This document shows, piece after piece, positions 36,429 to 46,062 of a stretch of DNA of 64,000 nucleotides (the first letter of the stretch is position 1; each line of letters starts with the position of its first letter). Both the position numbers and the translations under genes were made by a program. A model generated the notes under the pieces. It did not search any database, was not told the origin of the DNA, and was given only the letters and a program-made list of their open reading frames with translations. The stretch spans positions 32,001-96,000 of the IMG/VR virus record IMGVR_UViG_3300029305_012082. One strand, given 5' to 3'. Origin of the DNA: a virus (Duplodnaviria > Caudoviricetes).

Positions 36429-37340
36429 ATGAGTATCCTCGAAAACAATACGAGTAGGTTGCAGCAAATACTAGAAGATATAGAAACTCTTCCGACTGCA
36501 CCCTCTTTGCCTGAACTAGACAATCCGGGCGATGGAAACAAGATGCTCGAAGGGTACAAGTTGATCGGCCAGAACGGTGAGGTTGTCACAGGCACAATCC
36601 CTGTCGAAGAAGGAAAAACCGTTACGCCCGGCGAGACCGAGCAGGTTGCCGTGGAAAGCGGAACATATGTATCCGGTGACATTGTCGTTGCTGCAGTAGA
36701 AAAGGTGGAAGAGGTCGAACAGGCCACCCCTGTTATCTCCGTCACCATTGATGGTATAATCACGGCTAGGGCTACGCAGTCGGCAGGTAAAGTGGCGGCT
36801 GGCACGAAGACCGCCACCAAGCAGATGACGGTTCAAGCGGCTAAGACATGGACACCCGGTGCGACAAACCAGACCATTGCCTCTGGTCGGTATCTCACTG
36901 GTACACAGACCATCAAGGGCGACGCAAACCTGAAAGCAGAAAACATTGTTTCCGGTGTTTCTATCTTTGGGGTTGCTGGTACGGCGGAGACTGGAACGGG
37001 TGGGGGTTCTGAAACAGGGGCTGCCTGCACAGTCCATATTGATAACTCGTCAAGTTATCCTTGCGCTGTTTGTTATGCGAACAGTGATGGAGAAGGAAAG
37101 GCAGTGATCGTAAACGATTGGACTTCCGATCAAATTGATGCGACCGTGGGGGATATTGTCACCTTTTATTCTCCCTTCGATTCTTTTGCGCCCCCATTGG
37201 TGTGTGAGGTACAAGGTTGTAGCTTTTTGGGTACTACAGAATTCGTCTCAGGCATGGTTCAATGTAGGGTTTGTATGTTCCGCCTAACCTCCGAGAATGC
37301 AGATATTTTTGTGTATGATTATACTGGAGACGATACGTGA
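36429..37340 (+). CDS. tail fibre-like protein
   Basis: TPG...QTI..G.YL.G.QTIKGDANL.AENI..GVSIFGV motif. Confidence 0.7.
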   Translation: MSILENNTSRLQQILEDIETLPTAPSLPELDNPGDGNKMLEGYKLIGQNGEVVTGTIPVEEGKTVTPGETEQVAVESGTYVSGDIVVAAVEKVEEVEQATPVISVTIDGIITARATQSAGKVAAGTKTATKQMTVQAAKTWTPGATNQTIASGRYLTGTQTIKGDANLKAENIVSGVSIFGVAGTAETGTGGGSETGAACTVHIDNSSSYPCAVCYANSDGEGKAVIVNDWTSDQIDATVGDIVTFYSPFDSFAPPLVCEVQGCSFLGTTEFVSGMVQCRVCMFRLTSENADIFVYDYTGDDT

Positions 37341-37357
37341 AAACATGAGGTACAGAT

Positions 37358-37627
37358 GTGAAATACTATATTTTCCATGGGGAAGTGCTGCCCCCCGAAG
37401 AAATAACCACATATTTTGGGGATAAAACTACTTATCCCTATGCCCAGAAACTGTACTGTGGTGAAATCACCCTTGACGATATTCCCGAAGACCTTCGGGA
37501 GACGGTACAGACCGCCGTCAACAACCGTATCAACCGGTGGGGTGCGTATGAGGATCAGCTTGTTTCATACAACGACATGAAGGAAGCACTGCAAGAAATT
37601 GATAGAGAGGATAATACAAATGGCTGA
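37358..37627 (+). CDS. small hypothetical protein, possible fibre chaperone
   Basis: GEITLDDIPEDLRETV (XkdX-like). Confidence 0.55.
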   Translation: MKYYIFHGEVLPPEEITTYFGDKTTYPYAQKLYCGEITLDDIPEDLRETVQTAVNNRINRWGAYEDQLVSYNDMKEALQEIDREDNTNG

Positions 37628-38291
37628 TGTTCCTATTTTAAGAATATGGAATCCTGAAACAGGAAGGTATGAAGGCGTTTCTCAGATCAAGGGGGACGAC
37701 GGAAGAGGCATTACATCTGTATCATATGACGAAACAAACGACGAGTGGGTTATTGCTTATACAGATGGAACAACGGATAGACTTGGCGCTTCGTCAAGCA
37801 AGAAATACCCCTACATTTCAGAAATCAATATTTCAGGATCTTCTGTCGAAGTCGTCACAGTAACGGCAAAAGACGAAACGGATGTTCAAACTTTCTCCAT
37901 TCCAAGCAAGCTGAGTGACCTCAAGGGCGACACTACGCACAGAACCGTGACCGATACCCAGATAGACACATGGAATTCAAAGTCATCGTTCTCTGGATCG
38001 TTTAAGGACCTGTCCGATCTTCCGAGTAAAATTGTTAAAGAAATTAACTTCACAACTTACGATGGACTCTGGATATATTATGCCGATGGCTCATCTGCTC
38101 ATTTCCCTCAGGATAATATAAGTGCTCACTCGCACACAGCAGACAAAATTAGTGGCGGCATACTCGGCGGGCAAGTCGCCGCAAACTCACTTCATCAATC
38201 TCCGGGCGAATATCTAGTCCGCAATCAGAAACTCTCTGCTACCGATGATGAGCCTACGGTTGAAGGAGAGATCTGTTGGATTTACTCGTAA
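37620..38291 (+). CDS. tail fibre-like protein
   Basis: IPSKLSDL..D.THRTVTD....WNSKS motif. Confidence 0.65.
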   Translation: MADVPILRIWNPETGRYEGVSQIKGDDGRGITSVSYDETNDEWVIAYTDGTTDRLGASSSKKYPYISEINISGSSVEVVTVTAKDETDVQTFSIPSKLSDLKGDTTHRTVTDTQIDTWNSKSSFSGSFKDLSDLPSKIVKEINFTTYDGLWIYYADGSSAHFPQDNISAHSHTADKISGGILGGQVAANSLHQSPGEYLVRNQKLSATDDEPTVEGEICWIYS

Positions 38292-38303
38292 GGGGGTGAG
38301 TAT

Positions 38304-39098
38304 TTGGCAGAGACATTGTTAGCCATCATCTCCATTACCGGAAATGGAATACAGGACGTAACCTATGTCGAAATTGACGGAGAACAATACTTTGGAGATG
38401 AAGAGATAGAAGTACCCCTTGGCACAGAAGTCCGATGTGCTTACTTTGGTGGATATCTTTATTTGAATGGCGAATTGAGCGACATGAACAGTGAACACAC
38501 GTTTGAGGCTACAGGAAATGTAGGTATCACATTCGTCGATTCTGGCGCATCAATTGAAGTCGAAATGGATAATTCCGAAGGCGATCCAGAACTCACAGGA
38601 GAGCACACGGCGATGGTTGGAGCGACAGTCTATCCAATCACAGAAGGAATCTGCCTTGCAGATGGCACTGGATATAAGATCGACATGGGAAGAACAATGG
38701 TCAATGGCACTATTTATGATGTCTCGTGGAAACGGACGATAAGAATAACTGGTGCCGGACGAGCAAAAAGCTATGACGAAAATTACGATAATTACTACGG
38801 CTGCTTTGTCGAATTAGAAGATGGCACGTCTTATCCGGTTGCAAATGGACAAGTCAGAATTCCAGTTGACGTCACCATAGATGTTAATCAGGGAGATGTT
38901 CTGATTCTCCAAACCACGAATTCTGTCAACCTGAAATCTTATATCTATTTGAACGGAGAAGAACCTGACGGGATCGAGGTATCCACGTCTGGAGGTAGAA
39001 CGGACAAAAGATTTGAATATCGAGTGACAAAGAATGCGACCATTACACTCGAATACAATCTAAATACTTTGCCAAACAGAATTTACATCGAGGATTAA
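38304..39098 (+). CDS. tail-associated hypothetical protein
   Basis: ORF track; beta-rich composition. Confidence 0.6.
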   Translation: MAETLLAIISITGNGIQDVTYVEIDGEQYFGDEEIEVPLGTEVRCAYFGGYLYLNGELSDMNSEHTFEATGNVGITFVDSGASIEVEMDNSEGDPELTGEHTAMVGATVYPITEGICLADGTGYKIDMGRTMVNGTIYDVSWKRTIRITGAGRAKSYDENYDNYYGCFVELEDGTSYPVANGQVRIPVDVTIDVNQGDVLILQTTNSVNLKSYIYLNGEEPDGIEVSTSGGRTDKRFEYRVTKNATITLEYNLNTLPNRIYIED

Positions 39099-39111
39099 GG
39101 AGAGAACACCA

Positions 39112-39459
39112 GTGATCTATATTAACATCAACGGCGATCAATATCCTGCCAAAGTACGCGGATTTGTCAGAGATCCCAATTGGAATAATCGAGACAGCAA
39201 AGAAATCACTTTATCGATGACTTATGAAAATGCACTTGCCATTTTTGTAGACGATGTGGACTGGGAGATTGTCTATCAAGCAAAGAGCTACACCAATGAA
39301 GATGGCGAGACAATAACCCCCGACCCTGCAATCTACGATAATAGCGATTGGTGTCTTGCTGGACCGATCACCGACAATCGGGATGGAACCGTAACAGTTA
39401 AAATGGGAAAAATTACAGCCGAAGAAGCCTTGGCTGAACTTCTGGAGGTATTGGCATGA
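39112..39459 (+). CDS. hypothetical protein
   Basis: AAGGAG RBS; AGPITDNRDGTVTVKMGK. Confidence 0.65.
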   Translation: MIYININGDQYPAKVRGFVRDPNWNNRDSKEITLSMTYENALAIFVDDVDWEIVYQAKSYTNEDGETITPDPAIYDNSDWCLAGPITDNRDGTVTVKMGKITAEEALAELLEVLA

Positions 39460-39635
39460 AACGAAAAGAACTTGATGCACTGAAGACGAAGATCAAGCAG
39501 AAAACAGAAGAGTCTTCCGATCTGCACGCCCTCGTTGAAGCTATCTCTAAGCTTCCTTATGGACAGTTCAAAAAAGTCGCAACTGATGAAGTGCTTGAAA
39601 TACTAACAAAGTATGGCTACGTTGAAGCTTCCTAA
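39456..39635 (+). CDS. 59-aa hypothetical protein
   Basis: GGAGG RBS; ATGA overlap; manual translation MKRKELDALK... Confidence 0.6.
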   Translation: MKRKELDALKTKIKQKTEESSDLHALVEAISKLPYGQFKKVATDEVLEILTKYGYVEAS

Positions 39636-39647
39636 TAACGACGGGAG

Positions 39648-39950
39648 GTGTTCCCATTGGACTTGGCACACGAAGAACGACTGAGCAAGGTCGAAGAAAG
39701 GTCGAAGTCGAACCAGCATCGCCTAGATGAGATGGAGCGACGACAGGACAACCTTGACGATCTCGTTGGAACCGTTAAAGTTCTTGCATCCAGAGAAGAA
39801 ATAGTCGAGAAAGATGTAAAAGAAATTAAAGATGACGTCAAAGAATTGACCAACAGACCGGCAAAAAGGTGGGAAGACATCGTAAGCAAAGCGATTATGA
39901 CCATTGTAGCCGCTGTTGTAGGGTTCATTTTGGCGAAAATCGGACTGTAA
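39648..39950 (+). CDS. XhlA-like lysis protein
   Basis: Coiled coil (VEERSKSNQHRLDEME) plus C-terminal TM helix. Confidence 0.75.
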   Translation: MFPLDLAHEERLSKVEERSKSNQHRLDEMERRQDNLDDLVGTVKVLASREEIVEKDVKEIKDDVKELTNRPAKRWEDIVSKAIMTIVAAVVGFILAKIGL

Positions 39951-39987
39951 CCAAACCGAAAATCCCAGAGAGGAGATATACTTTCGA

Positions 39988-40407
39988 ATGGAAATAAAAG
40001 AATTCTTATCTGCGTTGCTCCAAGCGATACTGATTGCCTCTATACCTGTGGTTGCTACATACATCAAGAAGAGTCTTCAGGCGTTTGCAGAATATCTGAA
40101 ATCAAAAATCGAGAACGACAAATCTAAGCATATTCTGGACGACATCGCAAAAGCTGTCACGGATGCAGTGACATACACGAGCCAGACATATGTTGACGCA
40201 CTCAAGCAGAGCGGATCATTTACCATGGAGAACCAAGGGATTGCACTTCAGAAGTCCTATGACAAAGCAAAAATGCTGCTTGGAGATCAGGCAATTGAGT
40301 ACATCGAACTCACATACGGCAACCTGAAGGAATATCTCACCACCAGAATTGAGGCTGAAGTCAGGAAGCAAAAAGTTTGTGTTCAGGCTGTAGAAGCGAA
40401 GGAGTGA
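39988..40407 (+). CDS. holin (LL-H-like)
   Basis: N-terminal TM helix; AV..TSQTYVDALK and IEAEV motifs. Confidence 0.72.
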   Translation: MEIKEFLSALLQAILIASIPVVATYIKKSLQAFAEYLKSKIENDKSKHILDDIAKAVTDAVTYTSQTYVDALKQSGSFTMENQGIALQKSYDKAKMLLGDQAIEYIELTYGNLKEYLTTRIEAEVRKQKVCVQAVEAKE

Positions 40408-40412
40408 GAAAC

Positions 40413-41237
40413 ATGACTGAATTGGAAAAGCGTCAACAGGTAGTTGATATCATGGCTGGATGGGTTGGCGCAACCAAGGGAAGTGCGGCACATAGAGAAA
40501 TCCTATCTTTGTACAACGGCCGTTATCCTATTGCGAGAGGGTACGCTGTCCAAGAATATGACGATTATTGTGCTACAACGGTAAGTGCTGCCTTCATCAA
40601 GGCTGGGATCGCCGAGTACACAGGGACTGAGTGTGGCGTAGAACGGTTCGTTGAAGTTGCAAAAGAAAAAGGCATATGGATCGAAGATGATGCATTTGTT
40701 CCCCAGTTCGGAGATGCGATTGTCTACGATTGGCAAGACACAGGCGTAGGAGACAGCCAGGGCTGGGCAGACCACATCGGCATCGTCGCTGCAGTGAATG
40801 GAAACCTTGAAACCGTAATTGAAGGCAACATGAGCGGCGGCGTTGTTGGAACCAGATCGATTGAGGTCAATGCAAGATACATACGAGGCTATATCTGCCC
40901 TGACTATGCAAAGATTGTCGGCGTGTCAACCGTTTCTCCGTCTGTTCAGCCACTACCTCAAGTGCCACTGCAGCCGCAGCAAACGCATCCTCAAACAACA
41001 GATCTTAACTACGAAATGTTCAAGAGTTACCTTGCCAAATACAGAGGCGAGGTACGAGACAATGATGCATCTGCGTACAGCGAGGAAGCTCGTATCTGGA
41101 GTGTAGCAATGGGCTTAATCGCTGGCGGAGGCAATGGCGCGGACGGAAAGCCAAATTATATGTGGGAAGATTTTCTCACGAGAGAGCAATTTGTTACCGT
41201 GCTGTACCGGTTCGCTAAGATTATGGGTAGAGCCTAA
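40413..41237 (+). CDS. endolysin, CHAP domain plus SLH-like C-terminus
   Basis: YCATTVS, DHIGIV and EGN motifs; LTREQFVTVLYR. Confidence 0.88.
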   Translation: MTELEKRQQVVDIMAGWVGATKGSAAHREILSLYNGRYPIARGYAVQEYDDYCATTVSAAFIKAGIAEYTGTECGVERFVEVAKEKGIWIEDDAFVPQFGDAIVYDWQDTGVGDSQGWADHIGIVAAVNGNLETVIEGNMSGGVVGTRSIEVNARYIRGYICPDYAKIVGVSTVSPSVQPLPQVPLQPQQTHPQTTDLNYEMFKSYLAKYRGEVRDNDASAYSEEARIWSVAMGLIAGGGNGADGKPNYMWEDFLTREQFVTVLYRFAKIMGRA

Positions 41238-41560
41238 TGAGCGGAAAATATCTCAAGAAAAGAAAAACCAAGGGCAGAAGCACTGATTTCAGCAAACGTC
41301 TGGTATCGGATATCAGGAGTCTCCTTTGGGTTGTGACTATCGGCGGATTAGGGCTTGCCGGTCTTTGCATCATAAAAGGGTACACCGGATCGCTGCCGTG
41401 GTTGTCGGCTATGGTTGGATTGCCTTGGAGTGCCCACGGTGTCGTATGCTCTTTCTACCTTACAATGGCAAAATCAGATCACAAATCTGGAGGGATAACA
41501 TTCGAAGCCGCAGCGGCTAATAACTTCGGAGTTGAAAAGTCGAATAGTCCTTCCATCTGA
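41237..41560 (+). CDS. two-TM membrane protein, holin-like
   Basis: Basic N-terminus; two hydrophobic segments; TAATG coupling. Confidence 0.65.
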   Translation: MSGKYLKKRKTKGRSTDFSKRLVSDIRSLLWVVTIGGLGLAGLCIIKGYTGSLPWLSAMVGLPWSAHGVVCSFYLTMAKSDHKSGGITFEAAAANNFGVEKSNSPSI

Positions 41561-41664
41561 ATACATTAAGCGATCACGGGTTTACCTCCGGCCCGTTTCG
41601 CCCGGTGTTCGTAAGAAAGATATCCCCCTTTTCTTCGACAAAATCGAATACCGGAAATAAATCC

Positions 41665-41705
41665 CCCCCACTTCAGCAATTGCTGGAGTGGGGGCTTTTG
41701 TTTTT
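41665..41705 (+). terminator. terminator ending the late operon
   Basis: CCCCCACTTCAGC/GCTGGAGTGGGGG followed by T run. Confidence 0.8.
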
Positions 41706-41918
41706 GTGGAACAACTCCGCAGAAAAAATCAATGCTCAATTTATACAAAAATGAAAGCTCTGTTTTGACAGAATGTTCCCTGCGGCATTTTAGCAACTTT
41801 TTATACACTTATACCAATGAAAAATAATTACGGCAAAACTCATTCTAAAGTCCCACAAAAGGATTATGATCTAAAATGGCGATTTGAATAAATCTTTTCA
41901 AATATATCGAAATTCCTC

Positions 41919-41977
41919 TTGACTTTACTGATTGGTATGCTACGATATAGTCACAAAAAAGTTTACCGATTGGTAAA
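41919..41977 (+). promoter_or_regulatory. phage promoter plus downstream operator
   Basis: TTGACT-16-TACGAT; TTTACCGATTGGTAAA at 41962. Confidence 0.8.
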
Positions 41978-42037
41978 AAGGAGTTTCAAACGATAAACGC
42001 GGAGATTTATCCGCAATCAAGAAAAGGAGTTCTCAGC

Positions 42038-42388
42038 ATGATAGATCTCAGAAAATATTCGGCTCTCATCCGTGAAATGGTTGCCAAAGAAAACGAAAAA
42101 GACCTCAACTGGAAGTGGTCGGTTAAGTCGATTGGGAAGAAGAAAGCGCGCATTCGCTGGGGCTATCTGGACTATCTGGAAGAGGAACAGAACTGCTTCA
42201 TCCTTTCTGTCGATTGCAACAAGGAAGCCGGAGACTGGATCTGGGCTTGTCTCCCTGACGGAGACCACATTGAATGCTATATGGTTGCTGAGAAACCGAA
42301 TCCGAAGATCGGCGCAGAGCAGACAATCGAGAGCGGCATCAGAGATGCAATTGAGGAAATCGCCTACTATGCACACACCAGATATTGA
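42038..42388 (+). CDS. hypothetical protein
   Basis: AAGGAG RBS. Confidence 0.7.
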   Translation: MIDLRKYSALIREMVAKENEKDLNWKWSVKSIGKKKARIRWGYLDYLEEEQNCFILSVDCNKEAGDWIWACLPDGDHIECYMVAEKPNPKIGAEQTIESGIRDAIEEIAYYAHTRY

Positions 42389-42403
42389 AAGGATGAGAAA
42401 AAG

Positions 42404-42661
42404 ATGAAGAAATACTTAGTTCAGACAAAGCATTCAAACGGCGAGATCGATCTCTCCGAGAACACTGCAGGTCAGATCATCAATTTCTTTGGTTTTCGTG
42501 ACTGCACCGACTGCGACTACGAGGTTTTCGACGGCACAGTTTTCGGCTCCATGATCCGCCTTATCTACGAGCCGGCGGAACACCCTCCGTTCAACTTCCA
42601 CCGTTTCATCAATTCGGCGACCAAGGAAGTCGAGTTTGAAGGTTTCAGCAAAGAGCACTGA
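42404..42661 (+). CDS. hypothetical protein
   Basis: ORF track; operon spacing. Confidence 0.65.
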   Translation: MKKYLVQTKHSNGEIDLSENTAGQIINFFGFRDCTDCDYEVFDGTVFGSMIRLIYEPAEHPPFNFHRFINSATKEVEFEGFSKEH

Positions 42662-42673
42662 GGAGAAAAAGAA

Positions 42674-42871
42674 ATGTTTTATGTACTAGACTTCAGAAGT
42701 CACCAGTTCCGTACCTGCCATACCATACAGGATGTTTTATTGCAAATTAAATACCTTCTTCTTTCAGGCGTATACGAAGATGAAATCGAAATCGTAAGTT
42801 GTTTTCACGATGAAATTAGATTTACGGTTGACGAATTTATCTCTGACAACGAAGGTGGTGCAGCCGTATGA
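42674..42871 (+). CDS. hypothetical protein
   Basis: AGGAG RBS. Confidence 0.65.
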   Translation: MFYVLDFRSHQFRTCHTIQDVLLQIKYLLLSGVYEDEIEIVSCFHDEIRFTVDEFISDNEGGAAV

Positions 42872-43137
42872 TCTTTCTTTGCTACGACCCTGTCGGAAAA
42901 ACCTTAGAAGAAGTTACACGAGAACCAACTGTATATTCGCAAGGAGTTTCTGTTTTTGTTCTTCAATATGAAAACGACACTCTCGGAAAGAGAGCAGCTG
43001 ACGGGTTTTCTTTGAGAGAGATTCTTTGCCGGCACCCGGAGTTGAAAACCGCTTTGGTAGTCAGCCACAACGACTTCTTTGGTGAGTCCGTGTTCCGAGT
43101 CAGAAAGGAGAATTGCATTGAAAGCGAAACGAATTGA
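42868..43137 (+). CDS. hypothetical protein
   Basis: ATGA overlap. Confidence 0.65.
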   Translation: MIFLCYDPVGKTLEEVTREPTVYSQGVSVFVLQYENDTLGKRAADGFSLREILCRHPELKTALVVSHNDFFGESVFRVRKENCIESETN

Positions 43138-43372
43138 AGGTATCGTCTACCGGATCAGGACGACCTACGGAGGCTTCCTGGTGGAGGTTCCCAACGAGGG
43201 CGATACGATAGGCGAGCTCGCCCGGTACTGCGCTAACCTCAGCATGAGCGGTTACATCATTTCGTCCGTAACGAGAGTGCTCGATGCGGACACCGCAACG
43301 CCGAGAGTTTCTGTCCTGACCACAAAGGAATATCGGGACGAAATCAAACGGCTGACCAAGAAGGAGAATTGA
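43118..43372 (+). CDS. hypothetical protein
   Basis: AAGGAG then TTG start. Confidence 0.6.
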   Translation: MKAKRIEGIVYRIRTTYGGFLVEVPNEGDTIGELARYCANLSMSGYIISSVTRVLDADTATPRVSVLTTKEYRDEIKRLTKKEN

Positions 43373-44319
43373 TAATGAAGCTGGATGAAATGTGGAACGG
43401 CCTGAAGCGGATTGCAAACGGCGATTATGTGCTGGAAGGTGATTTGATTGTCACCGAAGACGAAGACTTGGAAGTGGAGCTGAATGACCCGCTGGTTGTC
43501 AATGGCACGGTTGATGTCAAAAAGAGCCTGATTGTCCGTTGTGGCATCAAGGCTGGCGATGGCATCAATGCTGGCTGTGGCATCAAGGCTGGCGATGGCA
43601 TCAATGCTGGAGATAGCATCAATGCTGGCTGTGGCATCAATGCTGGCTGTGGCATCAAGGCTGGCTGTGGCATCGATGCTGGCTGGGGCATCAATGCTGG
43701 AGATGGCATCAATGCTGGCTGGGGCATCAAGGCTGGCTATGGCATCAATGCTGGCTGGGGCATCAATGCTGGCTGGGGCATCAAGGCTGGCTATGGCATC
43801 AATGCTGGCTGGGGCATCAAGGCTGGCTGTGGCATCAATGCTGGCTGGGGCATCGATGCTGGCGATGGCATCAATGCTGGCTGGGACATCAAGGCTGGCG
43901 AGGGCATCAATGCTGGCTGGGGCATCAATGCTGGAGATGACATCAATGCTGGCGATGGCATCAATGCTGGAGATGGCATCAAGGCTGGCTGTGGCATCAA
44001 TGCTGGCTGGGGCATCGATGCTGGCGATGGCATCAATGCTGGCTGGGACATCAAGGCTGGCGAGGGCATCAATGCTGGCTGGGGCATCAATGCTGGAGAT
44101 GACATCAATGCTGGCGATGGCATCAATGCTGGAGATGGCATCAATGCTGGCGATGGCATCAAGGCTGGTACGTACATCTGCTGCGAGAAGCGCATCTTTG
44201 CTGGCCTGTCCGTGTCCAGAACAAGCACAGACTGTGACAAAAAGATCATTTGCGCCGAACTGCTGAAGGGCGAAATTGCCTATGGTGATTTAGAGATTGT
44301 ACAACATAAGGAGGATTGA
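43369..44319 (+). CDS. hexapeptide-repeat (xIxAGx) beta-helix protein
   Basis: 35 tandem 6-aa units; AAGGAG RBS; unique flanks read only in this frame. Confidence 0.8.
   Translation: MIMKLDEMWNGLKRIANGDYVLEGDLIVTEDEDLEVELNDPLVVNGTVDVKKSLIVRCGIKAGDGINAGCGIKAGDGINAGDSINAGCGINAGCGIKAGCGIDAGWGINAGDGINAGWGIKAGYGINAGWGINAGWGIKAGYGINAGWGIKAGCGINAGWGIDAGDGINAGWDIKAGEGINAGWGINAGDDINAGDGINAGDGIKAGCGINAGWGIDAGDGINAGWDIKAGEGINAGWGINAGDDINAGDGINAGDGINAGDGIKAGTYICCEKRIFAGLSVSRTSTDCDKKIICAELLKGEIAYGDLEIVQHKED
43543..44172 (+). repeat. 18-bp tandem repeat x35
   Basis: Consensus GGCATCAATGCTGGCNNN; 162-bp higher-order duplication 43813-43974/43975-44136. Confidence 0.95.
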
Positions 44320-44487
44320 AAATGGTTCAGTGGGTTGTTTTTAAGCGTGGCAAAAAAGAGCTGCTGGCATATACGCTTCAGGGGACGTTCCGTGAGGAAC
44401 GAGAACAAACAATCGAATTGCTTGCCTGCGAACACGGCATTCCGAAAGAAGAAATTTCCGTTACGATCGAGGCAAGGAGGAGATAAA

Positions 44488-45135
44488 ATGAAAGACGCTT
44501 TTATGAAAATTTTCAATGCTCATATTAAACGAGATGGAGCAGACAAATTACTGGAGTGGCTGAAGACTACAGATTTCTTTGAAGCACCGGCATCTACTAA
44601 GTATCATCTGAACCGCCCCGGCGGGTTGCTGGAACATAGTCTTAATGTTTATGCACGACTTCGGCAACTGTACATCAATGAACGGAAACGGGAGAATATT
44701 GACTTTGTCGCCCTGACAGATCATGAAGAAGAAAAGATTGCTATTTGTGGTCTGTTCCATGACTTCTGCAAGATCGGGCTTTATCGGCAAGAACCAAAAA
44801 ATCAGAAAACCTATGATCCGGAAAAAGTTGGTGCCGCGCATCCCAAAAGCATTAAGCATGATGCTCTTGGAGACTTTGTCTGGGAAACTGTCATGGGATA
44901 CACACATGAGGACAATCTGCCCTATGGGCATGGCGAAAAGTCTGTCTACATCCTGTCTGGCTTCATCAAGTTGAGCAGGGAAGAGGCAATGGCGATCCGG
45001 TGGCACATGGGCTTTTCTGATGATACATTCCGAGGCGGTTCTCAGGCGGTTGGTCAAGCATTTGGGATGTACCCTCTGGCTGTTATGCTGCATATGGCGG
45101 ACCTCGCAGCAACCTTCATGGACGAGAAGGAGTAA
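44488..45135 (+). CDS. HD-domain phosphohydrolase
   Basis: APASTKYH...GGLLEHSLNV, HDFCK, HG, WHMG and AD motifs. Confidence 0.88.
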   Translation: MKDAFMKIFNAHIKRDGADKLLEWLKTTDFFEAPASTKYHLNRPGGLLEHSLNVYARLRQLYINERKRENIDFVALTDHEEEKIAICGLFHDFCKIGLYRQEPKNQKTYDPEKVGAAHPKSIKHDALGDFVWETVMGYTHEDNLPYGHGEKSVYILSGFIKLSREEAMAIRWHMGFSDDTFRGGSQAVGQAFGMYPLAVMLHMADLAATFMDEKE

Positions 45136-45342
45136 TTGATGAGTACCGAAACACGAGTAGAAGCTCTCATTAAGATCATTCAAACAGGATCAATCCTATG
45201 CGGACTCGATCTCACTGTGACAGGAAACCAGATTGCGTTTGTAGATCAACGAGAAGGAAAGCTTGTATCTTTCTGGACTCCAGAATATACTTTATCTGAC
45301 AAGTTAGGAAAGGAAGGAGAGAATGAAGGTGTCTCCCACTGA
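45136..45342 (+). CDS. hypothetical protein
   Basis: AAGGAG RBS. Confidence 0.6.
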   Translation: MMSTETRVEALIKIIQTGSILCGLDLTVTGNQIAFVDQREGKLVSFWTPEYTLSDKLGKEGENEGVSH

Positions 45343-45481
45343 TATTTCTTTTATCCTTTTCTATGCCTCTCGAACGTTTCTTGTTCTTTCATTAGGAGTC
45401 TTCTTCAGTGATTACATTATCCCCAGAATTAAATGGCTGGACAGATGGATTAGCCGGTTACCAGCTAACCGTGATGAATAA
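45323..45481 (+). CDS. 52-aa putative membrane protein
   Basis: AAGGAG RBS; manual translation with a hydrophobic core. Confidence 0.5.
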   Translation: MKVSPTDISFILFYASRTFLVLSLGVFFSDYIIPRIKWLDRWISRLPANRDE

Positions 45482-45499
45482 TAGATTGGAGGGCTATCC

Positions 45500-45700
45500 A
45501 TAAATATCGGAGACATTGTAAGTGAGAAGATTGAAGAACTCGGCATTCAGAGAATGGGAAAGGTCATTTTCATTCATCCGAAGGGCAGGTTCTACACCGT
45601 AGAATTCGATCTGGGAAATCAGATCGTTCGACACTGCTACACATTCGACCGACCTGAAGAATATATTGAAAAAGAAAGAGGATACAAGCGAAAAGCGTAG
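45500..45700 (+). CDS. hypothetical protein, possible ATA start
   Basis: GGAGG-7nt-ATA; GKVIFIHPKGRFYTVEF. Confidence 0.5.
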   Translation: MNIGDIVSEKIEELGIQRMGKVIFIHPKGRFYTVEFDLGNQIVRHCYTFDRPEEYIEKERGYKRKA

Positions 45701-45770
45701 ACTAGAATTCGGCTCAATTCATTGTAAAAACGGTCAGGTCTAGAAAAATAAAAATTCTGCATAAAGAATG

Positions 45771-45812
45771 AAATCCCTCGCAAGCCGCATAGGTGCTTGC
45801 GAGGGATTTTTT
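45771..45812 (+). terminator. intrinsic terminator
   Basis: AAATCCCTCGCAAGC/GCTTGCGAGGGATTT followed by T run. Confidence 0.85.
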
Positions 45813-45897
45813 GTTAGAAAAAATTATATGTAGCAGATGAAGGCAAACAAAAGAAAAACTGAACTTTTGAGGGGAAAAAACAGCCGAATAAAGCATA

Positions 45898-45972
45898 TTT
45901 ACCGCATGGTAAAAACAAATAAGCAAAATTTACCGTCATATCTATTGACTAGGTAGGTAGGTATGCTACGAT
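45898..45972 (+). promoter_or_regulatory. operator variant plus phage promoter
   Basis: TTTACCGCATGGTAAA at 45898; TTGACT-AGGTAGGTAGGTATGC-TACGAT at 45945. Confidence 0.75.
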
Positions 45973-46062
45973 ATCATCGAAGAAATACAACAAGAAAAGG
46001 GTGCTACAACACCTAATTCCTGTGGAAGATCGTATCTTTTCGACTATTTAAGGAGGTATAAC

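Noticed and set aside
23352-39459. Diversity-generating retroelement or invertible fibre cassette
   Set aside because: No reverse transcriptase, recombinase, template/variable repeat pair or inverted fibre gene seen in this window.
43425-44266. Alternative-frame repeat ORFs (ASMLA, PALMP) or a CRISPR array
   Set aside because: By-products of an 18-bp coding repeat; no unique spacers and no cas genes.
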